Made by a program: the position numbers and the translations under genes. The notes beneath the pieces were generated by a model. It worked only from the letters and a program-made list of their open reading frames with translations, searched no databases and had not been told where the DNA came from. A stretch of DNA of 64,000 nucleotides from Paecilomyces variotii (Eukaryota): NCBI GenBank assembly GCA_004022145.1, contig RCNU01000010.1, one strand, 5' to 3'. Of the stretch, positions 37,524 through 49,473 are shown piece by piece. Within the stretch, counting starts at the first letter, position 1, and each line of letters begins with the position of its first letter.

Positions 37524-40500
37524 ATGCTTTTTACTATCTTCACAGTTCTGCTGTGCGCCTTCCAGGCCCAGGCCAAGGCAGTATTTGCTCATTTTATGGT
37601 ATACCATTCGTTTTTAGTTTTTTTCATATTTATACAAAAGATCAGATATGATTAACACAGTTCCAGGTTACGAATACGGCTGAATATGTTTGGGACGATT
37701 TCGAAAATGACATTAAACTGGCCCAAGAAGCTCATATTGACGCGTTTGCGCTCAATATGGCAGCTGGTGATGATGCGAATACTGTTGTGCCGCTATTCTT
37801 TCAGGCAGCTGAGAGCCTCGGGTTCAAGTTGTTTTTTTCATTCGATTATGCTGGAAACGGCGCGTGGGAGATAAATGACGTGCTAGGTTATATCAAGCTA
37901 TTTGGATCAAGTCCGGCTTATTACCAATATAATGGCCAGCCGTTTGTGTCGACATTTGAAGGCCCTGCCAACGCGAAAGACTGGCTTTTGATAAAGGCGG
38001 AGACAAATTGTTTCTTCATGCCTGATTATTCTTCCCTGGGGGCCAAGCCTGCTGTGCAACTGGGTGTCGCGGACGGACTATTCAGTTGGGCAGCATGGCC
38101 TTGGGGTAATGAAGATATGAACACATACGTTGATGCTTCATACTTGCAGTATCTGGGCGACTTACCCTATATGATGCCAGCGTCACCCTGGTTCTTTACC
38201 AACTTACCTGGGTACACGAAGAATTGGTTATGGAGGCAAGTCTCCCACTCTGCTAAATCTCCAAGTCTAACTGTTGCAGAGGGGATCATCTCTGGTATGA
38301 CCGATGGCAAGAGATCCTATTCGTGAAACCGCCATTTGTGGAGATAATTTCATGGAATGACTATGGAGAATCTCACTACATCGGCCCTTTAAGAGACTAT
38401 GCGATGGACGCTTTCTCAATCGGCCTTGCTCCCTACAATTATGCCACTGACATGCCACATGATGGGTGGCGCCTATTTTTACCCTATCTGATCGACACAT
38501 ATAAAAATGGAATTGCTACGATTACAAACGAGGGCCTTATGGTTTGGCATCGCTTACAGCCCGGCAGAGCCTGTGCCACAGGTAACACCACGGGTAATAC
38601 GGCCAGCCAGTTACAGGTTAGTCCTTCCTGTCAATACATAGTGTTTACGGATCCAGCCAAATGACCTTTGCTGCAGATTGAGTTTCCCCCTTACGAAATA
38701 GTGGAAGACAGGATCTTTTATTCCGCTCTTCTCTCTTCACCGGCAACTGTCACAGTCAGCATCGGCGGCAAAAGCCAGCAGGGAACATGGCAGTGGGAAC
38801 CAGATGGCGGCATTGGCATCTACCATGGAAGCGTGCCCTTTGGAAGCAGTGTGGGAGATGTGGTAGTGACACTTTCCAGATCTGGGTCTCAAATTGCCCA
38901 AGTTAAGGGAAGTTCAATAACAACTTCTTGCAAAAACGGAATCGAGAACTGGAATGCTTGGGTTGGCAGTGATTCTGCCTCTAAGACTATCTCGGCGACC
39001 CCAAAACTTGCCCTATATGAGCAGAAATGTATTAATGGCACAGGTGCAAATAACTTCGAAGGAATTTGCAACTTCGCTTGTGAGTATGGATACTGCCCTA
39101 TTGGCGCATGTCTCTGTCAGTTACAAGGAAAGCCAAAGCCCACGCCGAAGGCGACAGGGAAGATGGGTTATCCTTTAGCTGGCGAAGATGCCAGCTATAG
39201 TGGACTCTGTGCATTTGACTGCCCCTTGGGATATTGTCCCGACAATGCCTGTGGCACAACTTCCGCACCGTTATCGACGCCGACTGTTTCTGATTTCCTG
39301 CCTCCAGCATGCGTTGCCGGAACAGGAGAGGGAAACCTTGAAGGCCTATGCAACTTCGCCTGTAATTATGGATACTGTCCAATTGCTGCTTGCAAGTGCA
39401 CAAAACAGGGAGCTCTGAACCCTTTGCCTCCAAAGAAAAACGTGATCGGCCATGTGGCTGCAGGTTTGGATGCAACTATATACGGAGGTCTCTGCGCTTT
39501 CACCTGTGAGTACGGATATTGTCCGGAGGGTGCCTGCTATGCCGTTAATGTTACTGGCTCTGGCTCTGGCCCTGGCTCCGGCATTGTCTATGTCGATCCT
39601 GTCATCTTTGTGACTCCAAGTCCAGTCATCGGTTGCTTCCCTCCGTGCACCTTGATAATACCTCCATCGACAATGCCTTCTCCGACGACAATTCACTTCC
39701 CAACTTATCATACCACCTTCTCTGTGGGCTCTTCATCATTTCAATATGTTGTCCCCTCCCCTGGTAAGTGTCTCCAGCCCGGAGGAAACTATCTCGCTAA
39801 TCAAAATGCAGTTACGACTTCCGTGATAGACTTCTTTCCTGTGCCTATTGATCCTACGCAAACGAATCCGTTCTCCTTTGCATTAACGCCGAGTTATTCT
39901 CCACTACCTCTCGTCATTAGTGCTGGAACGGCTACAACAACTCTCTATCCGCCGCCAGTCACTGCTCCATCTCAGACATCATCAAGCACGACTGCCCCAG
40001 TTTACATATCCTTGGGGACGACCGACTACGTTACAAATGGTATTACTCAAAAATTCTCTGAAGCTCAGGATATCGCACTTCGAACCCTTAAAACTCCAAC
40101 TGTATTAACAACCACGATTCCTGGGCCTACCTCAGGAACCACAACGCCCTCGCCTGTGGTCATCTGGTTCCAAAAGGGTGGCTTTTACTGGTCTCCAGTA
40201 CCTAATCCGACACCGCCACCTATCCGGATCCCAACACTGCCAAAATTTCCCCCGATTCCATCTCCAAAGTGCTTCAAGTTGTTTGACATTTTCTCGATCG
40301 ATTGTCCACCAAATAAGCACCTTCCTACCACTACGTTCGAAAGTCACAAGCCGGAGCCTACTTGCACCGGTAAAGGCTGTGGTAAGGTATGTTCTCACAA
40401 TTGCGATACAAGCACCAGCTCAGAATGCTCCGAGCGGACTGCAACAGACTACTGGGTGACATGTTCCGGTACTTCCTGCAAGACCACTATGAGTGCCACT

Positions 40501-41531
40501 ATAACCGGCTGCTCTGTTACTGGTACCGCTACTACTACTGGGAGGTACTGTCCTACTGGTATTACTCTTGATCCTAATGAGGATCAGGGGCAAGATGGCC
40601 CGGCACCCTCGAAGACAGTCATGGTCACGACGAGTATTCCCGAGGTAGCAATTGTCAGTGGTACTCCAGTCACTGTCAAAGGCGGCTCCATCACCATTGG
40701 TGGCAAACCATTTGCCATACCGGCCGTTACTGGCTCGGAAACCACCATGACTATCGGAGGTGTACCTGTTGTGGTTGTACCAGGATATACAGGTACAGTG
40801 CCATCATACGCTTACCCTACAACTCTGGCACCGGGAACAATTACCTCTACGTTCCTTACAACCGTGCATCCTACCACTATTGTCACTACTGTAACAGCTA
40901 GCATCCCTCCCTACCCGACCAAGTACAATTGTAAAGGGTCAGGTCTATGTGGCTTTTATCCTCATTTCGGAACATACTGCAAGGCAGCACCCAAGAACAT
41001 CGTGGACAGCGAAATATACGGGCAAGTAATTCATTTTCTTTTTGCTCATCTTCTATCCGACCTACATTTGCTCCCTCATAACCTACGGTTGAAATATGCG
41101 CATCCCAAAAAGAGCCAAACTAACTTGTACCTTAAAGCACAACTCATAACGACAGTAACACCGGTGTTTGCGCTGGTGCGGGTGATACTGCCAAATTTGG
41201 AGACGGTTGCGGAGTATTTGTTAAAGGAACGGGTTGTGAGATCACCGGAGCCGTATTGAGGAAGTAAGTATAACCACCAACAACCACAAGCCCACACACA
41301 TCTGCTAATGCTATCTATCCATCTCATAGAGCCGCTGATGACTTGTGGAATATTGAACGTTGCGGGGCATGTGGCAATGTTTGGCTCTCCAACGGTTGCC
41401 GTGTCATAGTTGATTTCGTCTCCCATTGCAAATCCCCGTCACCGGATACAATGGCACCACTATCATGGAATCGAACAAGCTCCGATATACTTATTGGTGT
41501 CGTGCCAAACAACTATACTATTTCTGACTGA
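37524..41531 (+). CDS. Secreted GH71 alpha-1,3-glucanase (mutanase) with Cys-rich repeats, Pro/Thr-rich linker and C-terminal KP4-like domain, 7 exons
   Basis: Signal peptide MLFTIFTVLLCAFQAQA followed by KAVFAHFMV, then HIDAFALN, FKLFFSFDYAG, FVSTFEG, PASPWFFTN, KNWLWRGD and EIISWNDYGESHY (GH71). Introns are 37599-37666, 38236-38279 (GC-AG), 38617-38676, 39764-39811, 41022-41137 (GC-AG) and 41264-41329. Confidence 0.92.
39025..39545 (+). repeat. Four Cys-rich repeats (G[IL]C.F.C..GYCP..AC) within the GH71 protein
   Basis: GICNFACEYGYCPIGAC, GLCAFDCPLGYCPDNAC, GLCNFACNYGYCPIAAC and GLCAFTCEYGYCPEGAC. Confidence 0.9.
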
Positions 41532-42999
41532 GTCATGGCGGCCAATGAAATGCTCATGATACAAACAAGGAAGACTCCATGGACTAGGGCTTAGTATAAT
41601 GGGAGACTGTCGACCTCTCTCTATCTGTTATTCTGAATTGAAAGCGCTAGTATAATTATGAAATCCAGATTTGATACGACGGTAGTGCGCAGTGAAGCTT
41701 CTTGAGATATTAGCTATCAAGGACCTAGTATTCCCCGTATTTTTACTGGCATGAAAGCCGTGGAATATTAACTGACTGAGTTGGCTGATAGCGATAAGTC
41801 GAGTAGATATCACTATATAGTATACAGTAAGATGAGGCTCTTATGAGGCGTCCGTCGGATTTTGCCAGTATAGAGATCTGAGCCAGAAAGTTCTTATAAA
41901 GAAGCTGGAAACAGATCGTCACTTGCTTACATAGCTCTAGGATCCTAACTAACTTTGTTATGAGTCAGAATAAATAGTTACATCGATCGGGATCGGGACC
42001 GGGTGCAAAGAGCGCTTCATGGCACCCCCGTCGTCGGTTATAGTTACGGCAAAAGCCATATTTCTTGTATACCGGAAAGGCACGACAGCATTGGTTTTCT
42101 TTTACATGCTCAATCTAGATCACACGCTAACATGATTATACTTTTAGAAAGCAAGGCGCCTTTTCAAGTGCATATTAATCTAACTACTGGCAACTTGGCA
42201 CATCCGATTCTCTAATTGATTGATTCCATGATCTCACTCCAGGCTTGGTTAGGCGAGGACTATCATAGTGCTTTACTGACAAAGGAGAACTCCATGCGAG
42301 GTGACAGTTAGGTATTTACCAGATGATCAAACTGTTTTGAAGATCTTAAAAAAGGTGTAGTAGTAAGATCGCACACTAACCAGCTTATAATTGGAAGATT
42401 GAATGAAACTGGATAGTGGATCAAAAGAGAAACAATGTTTACTTGAACATAGAAGGCTTCTAGCAAAAGTAGGTCCTGACCCCTGAGTAGAATCTAGACC
42501 ACGCGGAGGATTTTTCAGACCACGATGGGATCGGCACGCTAAGCTTCAGTTCCCAGTGGGACCACCGAGCTTAGCATTATTAACTTCATCTTGCCACTTA
42601 TACATGTCAATATCTGAACGAGAAGGGATATAAGGAACGATATACTCCGTAGGATTCACACCATTAACTCTTGGTATTACCAGTGCTATTCTTCCAAGCC
42701 TTTCGATGACGAGTCAAGTTGCGTAAGGATGTAACTAAATGCTCCGCTAGGTACTGTATACCGTTTGCACTTTCCCTTCTCCCATCCCTTGACCTATCCT
42801 GCATCGACTGTGATCGCTAAAAGGGGAATTTAACCTGTCAATCAAGATGTCCCGGGTTCAGCCTTGTTCATGAGTACCGTACAGCTCGGAGGTGTGCTCC
42901 AGATTGATATAAATGTTTCAACGATCAGCAGCTCTCTAGATCGTTTTCTCGATCGTCCATTATTTCACTCGTGACTGCTTCTTCTCCTGCTTGCGTTCG

Positions 43000-44637
43000 A
43001 TGAAGGTTTCCAACCTCAAATCCGGGCTTGTGCAGGCCATCCTGGTCCATGCCGCTGCCATCAATGCCTACCTTTACAACACCACTATTCAGACCAAGTA
43101 TGGCGCTGTGAAAGGCATTCCTGCACTCAATGCTACATGCTGTTCCTACCTTCCAGGTTATGAGAGCGTGACCGTCTGGAAGGGTATTCCATTTGGCGCA
43201 ACCACGGGTGGCGCGAACCGATGGAAACCTCCGCAGCCTCGTCCTGGATGGAATGGCACCCTTGTGGCCGACACCTTTGGTTCCGCGTGCCCAGCAGGTA
43301 CCTCGCCCACTGGTGCAATTGACGATGTCTACGACGAGGACTGCCTCAATCTCAACATCTGGACTTCAGCCAACTCAACCGCTGAAAAGCGGCCAGTAAT
43401 GATCTGGAGCTATCCCGCGGGTGCCAACGGCGCATGGAGCATGTTTGATGGAGGTGGCCTTGCGCTTAAAGATATTGTGGTTGTCACTTACAATTATCGG
43501 ACGGGCCCCTATGGCTGGCTTGCGTTGCCCGAGCTATGGGAAGAATCCGGCAACATCACTACGGGGAACTATGGGCTCTTGGACCAGATTGCGGCATTGA
43601 AATGGGTGCACGAGAACATCGCAGACTTTGGCGGCGACCCAAACCACATCACGACTGTTGGCCAGTCTGCTGGTAGTGCCGCTGTATACCACACTGTTAA
43701 CAGTCCTCTTGCTAAAGGGCTGATTGTCGGTGCTATTGCGGAGAGTGGAATTCGCGATCCTCATGATCCGGCGGCCACCGAGCTGGCCGAAGGCTACAAC
43801 AACATGACGACTTCTCTAAAGCTAGGAGCTGAATTGAAGTCCGTCCTGAACGTTACCACACTCGAAGAGCTACGTCAAGTCCCTGCGGAGACTATAAGCA
43901 AGTACAGCGATTTCACTTCGTTCCAGAACTGGAGAGCCACTCTGGATGGCTATGCCCTTCCTGAGACATACTGGGAAGAGCTGCAGAAAGGGCCGGCCAA
44001 TGACGTCCCACTGATTACTGGTAACACGAAGGATGAATCTGGCGCTGCATATGGCACGAATGTGACGGTATCACAGTACTTGAGCACGCTCAACTCTACG
44101 TACGGCTCCTTTGCCAGCCGCTTTTTGGAAGAATATCCGGCCGCAAACTCTACACAAGCGTCCATGAACTCCAACCTCATCGCGAGAGATACGTCTCTTG
44201 TCGGTTCCTGGAACTTTGGCAATTATTGGGCAAAGTCGGCTTCTTCACCGTTCTACACCTATTACTGGGACCACGCTCCTCCAGGTCAAGACCAAGGTGC
44301 CCATCATATGTCTGAAATCACATATGTGTTTAACAATCTCTACGGCACTGATCTCCCTTGGGAACCAGTAGACTACGAGATTGCGGAGACATTGAGCAGC
44401 TACTGGGCCAACTTTGTCAAGACGTCGAATCCCAACACAGGTGGCAGCTACCGCGGCAATGGGACTCTGGCATACTGGAGGCCAAGCACCAGTTCCAACG
44501 CGACAACCTTCCACCTTGCGCCGCCAGCCCCGATCAACAAAAACGGGCTACCTGTTGGATATGCGCAGGTCCCTGTTGCTAAGAAAAGTCACATCACGTT
44601 GTTGAATGACTTCTTCCAGAGCCGGGTGCCACTCTAA
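43000..44637 (+). CDS. Secreted type-B carboxylesterase (alpha/beta hydrolase), intronless
   Basis: Signal peptide, WKGIPFG, EDCLNLNIW, NYGLLDQIAALKWV..NIADFGGDP, nucleophile GQSAG, acid GNTKDE and catalytic His in GAHHMSEI. Confidence 0.95.
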   Translation: MKVSNLKSGLVQAILVHAAAINAYLYNTTIQTKYGAVKGIPALNATCCSYLPGYESVTVWKGIPFGATTGGANRWKPPQPRPGWNGTLVADTFGSACPAGTSPTGAIDDVYDEDCLNLNIWTSANSTAEKRPVMIWSYPAGANGAWSMFDGGGLALKDIVVVTYNYRTGPYGWLALPELWEESGNITTGNYGLLDQIAALKWVHENIADFGGDPNHITTVGQSAGSAAVYHTVNSPLAKGLIVGAIAESGIRDPHDPAATELAEGYNNMTTSLKLGAELKSVLNVTTLEELRQVPAETISKYSDFTSFQNWRATLDGYALPETYWEELQKGPANDVPLITGNTKDESGAAYGTNVTVSQYLSTLNSTYGSFASRFLEEYPAANSTQASMNSNLIARDTSLVGSWNFGNYWAKSASSPFYTYYWDHAPPGQDQGAHHMSEITYVFNNLYGTDLPWEPVDYEIAETLSSYWANFVKTSNPNTGGSYRGNGTLAYWRPSTSSNATTFHLAPPAPINKNGLPVGYAQVPVAKKSHITLLNDFFQSRVPL

Positions 44638-45641
44638 GTAAATGGCTACTCTGGAAAGCATGCTAAAAACGTGCTTGCCCTGGGCAGTCTGACATGGTAA
44701 ACTGCTATATTTGACTCACAATAGTACTCATATTATGTTCATAGTTCTATTGTCTTCAGTATTCATTGCATTCTCCCGGGTCTCTCAGCTGAGAAGAGTC
44801 ATATTCTTATATTATACCACGTGAATAGCTGATTACGCACGGAGCATGGCAGCAGGTCGCTTTAATGCACCAAAACTCAGACTTATCTATCCGAACTTTC
44901 TCCGGATTTGATATGAAATGTATAAGATCAGAAAGTCAACTACGAACGCTTAATGCTATATTAAGACCGGGTAACAGATCCATACTTCTAGTTAAGTGTT
45001 ACATATTAATAATAAGATTAACTATAAGCTGATTTAAGCTCTTTTCAACCCATGTCTATCCCGCTAAAACAATTATCTTTGATACTAATGCAGGGGACCG
45101 AATAATTAGTCCCGCATGATCTGTAAGTATCCTTGCCCGTTCGTGATATGTAGATGACGCGGCGTTATAGCTTTTGACTGGCAATTTCACTCATGAATTC
45201 ATGCCTCTATGAGAATGCTAAAAATGGCAAGGTAGCGCGAGCCGTGAATAGTCGGTCACCGGCCCGGATTCTGCAATAGATCTGCAAACAATTTGTATTT
45301 ATCTAGGTCCGCGTGGGTCTTAGCAACGAACGTATTGCCCCCACAGTCAAGCCAGGGCACCCGGCACAGCCATATGGGCGACGCGGAGAATGAAACTTGT
45401 AGTCAACAGGGGAGTCCCGATTATTCTTGTGTCCTTCATATGATTATCTAGGTGGGGAGGATCGAGAGTCATGGGTTTAGCTCTTGTGCTTGCAACGTCA
45501 TCACCCTCTTTTGATAGAGACCTCTATCTAGGGGAAACACGGGTTAAAGGAGTTATAAATGTCAGCGTCTCCCGTCTCTTCGGTGGCACGTTCTTGAGGT
45601 CTTGAGTGTGCCAATTACCTGTATGTAGTTGGTCGTTCACC

Positions 45642-47342
45642 ATGATCATTCTCGGTCTTCTCTGGCTCAGCCTTTTTAGGGCTGAAGCGGCATTGAGCAA
45701 AAAGTCAACAACAAGCTCTTCCCTCTCAGCTGCGTCACCAACGGTTTCTATCCAGCACTATGGAACTATTCGCGGCGGTCGTTCAGAATACATAGATACG
45801 GTCTATAGCTTCAAGAACATTCCCTATGGAGGCGCCCCGACTGGGGCGGAGAGATGGAAGCATCCGCCGCACCCGACTCCCTGGATAGGAATTCGTGATG
45901 CTACAGCTTTTGGTCCTCCCTGTCCGCAGCCAGGTGTCAGCAATTATAGTGAAGATTGTCTGAGACTCAATGTCTGGACTCCTGAAAACGCAACATTCAA
46001 CGATGTCACGAACAGCACAGGACAAGCTGGGGTTGTGCCGTCGAAGACCAATAGCAAGTACCCCGTATACGTGTGGATCCATGGCGGACGCTTTACCGGC
46101 GGATCTTCCAGTGATCCTCTCTATGATGGATCTGGACTTGCGAAAAAGGGAGTCGTGGTTGTCAGTATGAATTACCGTCTCGGTGCTCTGGGATTCCTGG
46201 CCCATCCAGAACTGAGTGCCAACTCCTCCAGTGGTACTTCTGGCAACTATGGGCTGGTGGATCAACAAGCTGCTTTCCACTGGACATATGAGAACATCGC
46301 ATCCTTTGGTGGTGACCCGTCTCAGATCACCATTGGGGGTCAATCAGCTGGTGCAGCATCAGTTCTCGACCATGTCAACAGTGACCTAGCCGCGGGCCTC
46401 TTCAACCAAGTGATTGCAGAAAGCGGAGCAACCTATCCCTCTAATCCGCTCATCGGGAGTCTGGCACAGAGTTATCGCCATTTACCGGAGGCTGAACAAC
46501 AAGGTGCAAGTTTTTTGAAAAGCCTTAACATCAGCTCCATTGCGGAAGCGCGAGCGGCTCCTGTTGAGCTGCTTTTGGCGGGTAGTTCCCTGAACGACAA
46601 CACATATGATGACACAGTCTTCCAAAACGATTCGGTATATATGGAACCGCCGCTCTTTCGCCCAGTTCTCGATGGCTACGTCCTTCCTGCCACTTATGAA
46701 GAGATGCTCCGACGAGGGAACCATTCCATTGTTCCTGTCCTGACTGGAGTGAATAAGGACGAAAATGGGGCGTCACCCAACCCAGGTCTCGACGTTAGGA
46801 ATTACACCTCATTACACACTGAGGAATTCGGAAGCGTCGGTTTGGCCAACGAGTTCTTTAAACTATACCCAGCAGGAGCAAACTCCACCACTGCTGATGA
46901 GGCCAGTAACGCTTTCTATCGAGACCAGTCTCGAGTGTCGACTTGTCTTTGGGCTAATGAATATGTTGCTGGCTCTTTGCTGAACACATCCGGTAACGGT
47001 ACATATTCGACATATACATACTACTGGACCCATGCCCCTCCAGGCCAAGACCAAGGCGCATATCATATGAGCGAGATCAACTACGCGTTTAACAATCTCT
47101 ATGCCACAGAGAGACCGTGGACGCAGAAGGATTACAAGATTGCTAACATCATGTCTGATTATTGGGTCAACTACATACGAACTGGGAATCCCAATGGCAA
47201 GGGACTTCCATATTGGCCTCGGAACTCTGTCAATAGTTCTATGATCATGGAGCTAGGAGATGCGTGGGGTAGAAGGCCTATCGCGAGTAAGGAAAGGATC
47301 TCTTTCATCCGTGACTGGTTCTCAAAGTGGCCGGCCTATTAA
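45642..47342 (+). CDS. Secreted type-B carboxylesterase, paralog of 43000-44637, intronless
   Basis: Signal peptide MIILGLLWLSLFRAEA, SEDCLRLNVW, WIHGG, GQSAG, GVNKDE and YYWTHAPPGQDQGAYHMSEI. Confidence 0.95.
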   Translation: MIILGLLWLSLFRAEAALSKKSTTSSSLSAASPTVSIQHYGTIRGGRSEYIDTVYSFKNIPYGGAPTGAERWKHPPHPTPWIGIRDATAFGPPCPQPGVSNYSEDCLRLNVWTPENATFNDVTNSTGQAGVVPSKTNSKYPVYVWIHGGRFTGGSSSDPLYDGSGLAKKGVVVVSMNYRLGALGFLAHPELSANSSSGTSGNYGLVDQQAAFHWTYENIASFGGDPSQITIGGQSAGAASVLDHVNSDLAAGLFNQVIAESGATYPSNPLIGSLAQSYRHLPEAEQQGASFLKSLNISSIAEARAAPVELLLAGSSLNDNTYDDTVFQNDSVYMEPPLFRPVLDGYVLPATYEEMLRRGNHSIVPVLTGVNKDENGASPNPGLDVRNYTSLHTEEFGSVGLANEFFKLYPAGANSTTADEASNAFYRDQSRVSTCLWANEYVAGSLLNTSGNGTYSTYTYYWTHAPPGQDQGAYHMSEINYAFNNLYATERPWTQKDYKIANIMSDYWVNYIRTGNPNGKGLPYWPRNSVNSSMIMELGDAWGRRPIASKERISFIRDWFSKWPAY

Positions 47343-48457
47343 GTAGTACTGTACATATTTACCCTATATCTATTTCTTGTCGATTCTTCTTGCTTTCTAT
47401 CTCGAGTTTTCTTAGAGTCCTCGTAGATCCAGGCTTGGTAATGATTGCTGCACAGGCGTTTTTATATTGCCTTTTGAGTCCTAGTATAGTCGTCGGAATA
47501 TGAACATGTAGTAACCTTCGAGATTTTCAATGACCATTCGTGTCTCTTCCCGACTATTGCACTGACTTGTAGCGTCAAGAGCAAATGTATTCAATTCATA
47601 TATTGGTCATCACGACTACCTTAGGTTCCCGCAAACCACAAAGCTTCTTGCTCCCCACCGCATCGACTATAGCCTGGGACAGCCGATGTTGAACGAACCT
47701 CTATCAACACCTGAAGCCTTCAAATTACTGTTATTATTATCGTGATTCCTCAGGCTGGCCCAAGGAATCACTGCAATTGCTAATCCTGGCGTGTGCGTCC
47801 CAGCACTAGACTCCCACCTTGCCGCCGCTACCGCGGTCATCTTCAGCCACAAGGCTGCTTGTCGTCTCCTCGCGATCCCCGCCCCCCAATCCCCCCTCAT
47901 AGACCCCTCCCGAAGCTTCCTCTGCGAAACGAAAGCGAACGAAGCCGTGTTCACCGTGGGACCTCTTCAGACGACCCAGCTCCGTGTGTCGATTGCTATC
48001 CAGACTTTGGGTAGAAGCTCAGACCTGGATACTGTACGCTTTACTCCACCGCTATACGATACGCAACCCCCGCGTCTGGCCTACGATCTCCGTTCATACT
48101 TCGATACTATTCGTGGTTAGCAGTTGGCAGGGGTTATTGTCTTCGCCCCCGGGACGATATTCAGGAGATACTTTACGTTCCTTCCAACCTTTAGTGACGA
48201 TCGTATCAGAACGGTTTCTAGGAGTCTACTCGTCCGATATCACTTGTCAGTCAAGGGTGGTCTGCGTTACCAGGAGGAGCATCTTGGAAATCGGAAAACT
48301 GTCGACTGAAAGGCACTACTGAGGTCGGCCCGGTCGACGATCCTCCCTAACGGCTCGTTATCATCGACTGCAGCAGAATCTCCCGCCGTCCAGCACTCGT
48401 TGGAAGTAGCCACACCCGCCGTGTGCGCGCCTTCGGGGCCCCCGGTCTGTCTTCAAA

Positions 48458-49473
48458 ATGTCTATAAAGTGCGTCTCTACCCCCCCATGCTGCTGGTTTG
48501 ATCGTTTTCTTGTTCTTGTGTGTTTTGACACCTATTCTGTCATGATTCCTATGCCTTATTGCTTGGTTTTCTTGAATGTTGATACTTGCGAATCGCTTTC
48601 AATATGGCGTATAAGACCAAACAGAAGTCAATGCTAAACAAATTGCGCCTTTCTATGAACAGCTGGGTGATGCTTCATGAGAATGAGGCTTTCATCCGCC
48701 TTCCCAATGAACGCCTTATTTATACATCCCCGCCACGGACGAGCTTCTCATTACAACCTCCAAGCGGCTACTCGGGGCGAGAATCTCTTTCTCTTCAGAG
48801 CAATAGCGGCCTTGTCTATCTCACAAACCAGCGTGTTAGTTCCTCTTTGCGTTACTGAATTTGTGCATCTGGCATGCTGACGCGCTTTGTCCAGATTGTC
48901 TATTTACCATCTCAACCCAGTCAAGAACTCCAGTCATTTTCTGCTCCGCTGTTGAATCTTCATGACACGCATGTCTCTGCGCCCTTTTTCGGACCAAATG
49001 TGTGGACTGCATTGGTGCAGCCCGTCGCGGGAGGCGGCATCCCGCCGTCGTTTCCGGCTGTTCAGCTGAAGATGAGTTTCAAAGAAGGGGGAGCATTCGA
49101 TTTTCATTCCAATTTCGAGCGGGTCAAGGAGCGTTTGCAGCAGGCAGTCGAGACTTCTCAGGCTACGAGCAATTCGCAAGCATCACGCCGGGGCCATATC
49201 GACTATTCAGCCGTTCACCTTGAGGAACTTCCTGCTTATGATAGTCCTGGTCACGCGCCTGCTGAGCCCAATCGTGCCTCACCAGGCTCTGTTCCTTTGT
49301 CGGGATCAGCAGTACACCCTCCGGGTCAAGACGAGATGCCACCACCTCCCGTAGACAATATCGCGACTGAGGACAGATTCGAACCACCTACGGAACCGCC
49401 GCCGGGATACGAAGAAGTACAGCAGCAGAGTGTGGCGCACGAGCTAGAAAGCCGGTTACGTAGCGCGAGCTGA
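48458..49473 (+). CDS. WW-domain-binding protein 2 (WBP2)-like GRAM/PH protein with PY motifs, 3 exons
   Basis: Spliced MSINWVML...GLVYLTNQRIVYLP...SAPFFGPN...FKEGGAFDF with LPAY and PPPGY motifs; introns 48469-48662 and 48835-48894. Confidence 0.88.

Noticed and set aside
39764-39811. Segment GKCLQPGGNYLANQNA within the 863-aa ORF read as coding
   Set aside because: It has a GTAAGT donor, GCTAAT branch point and CAG acceptor, so it is best read as a 48-nt in-frame intron.
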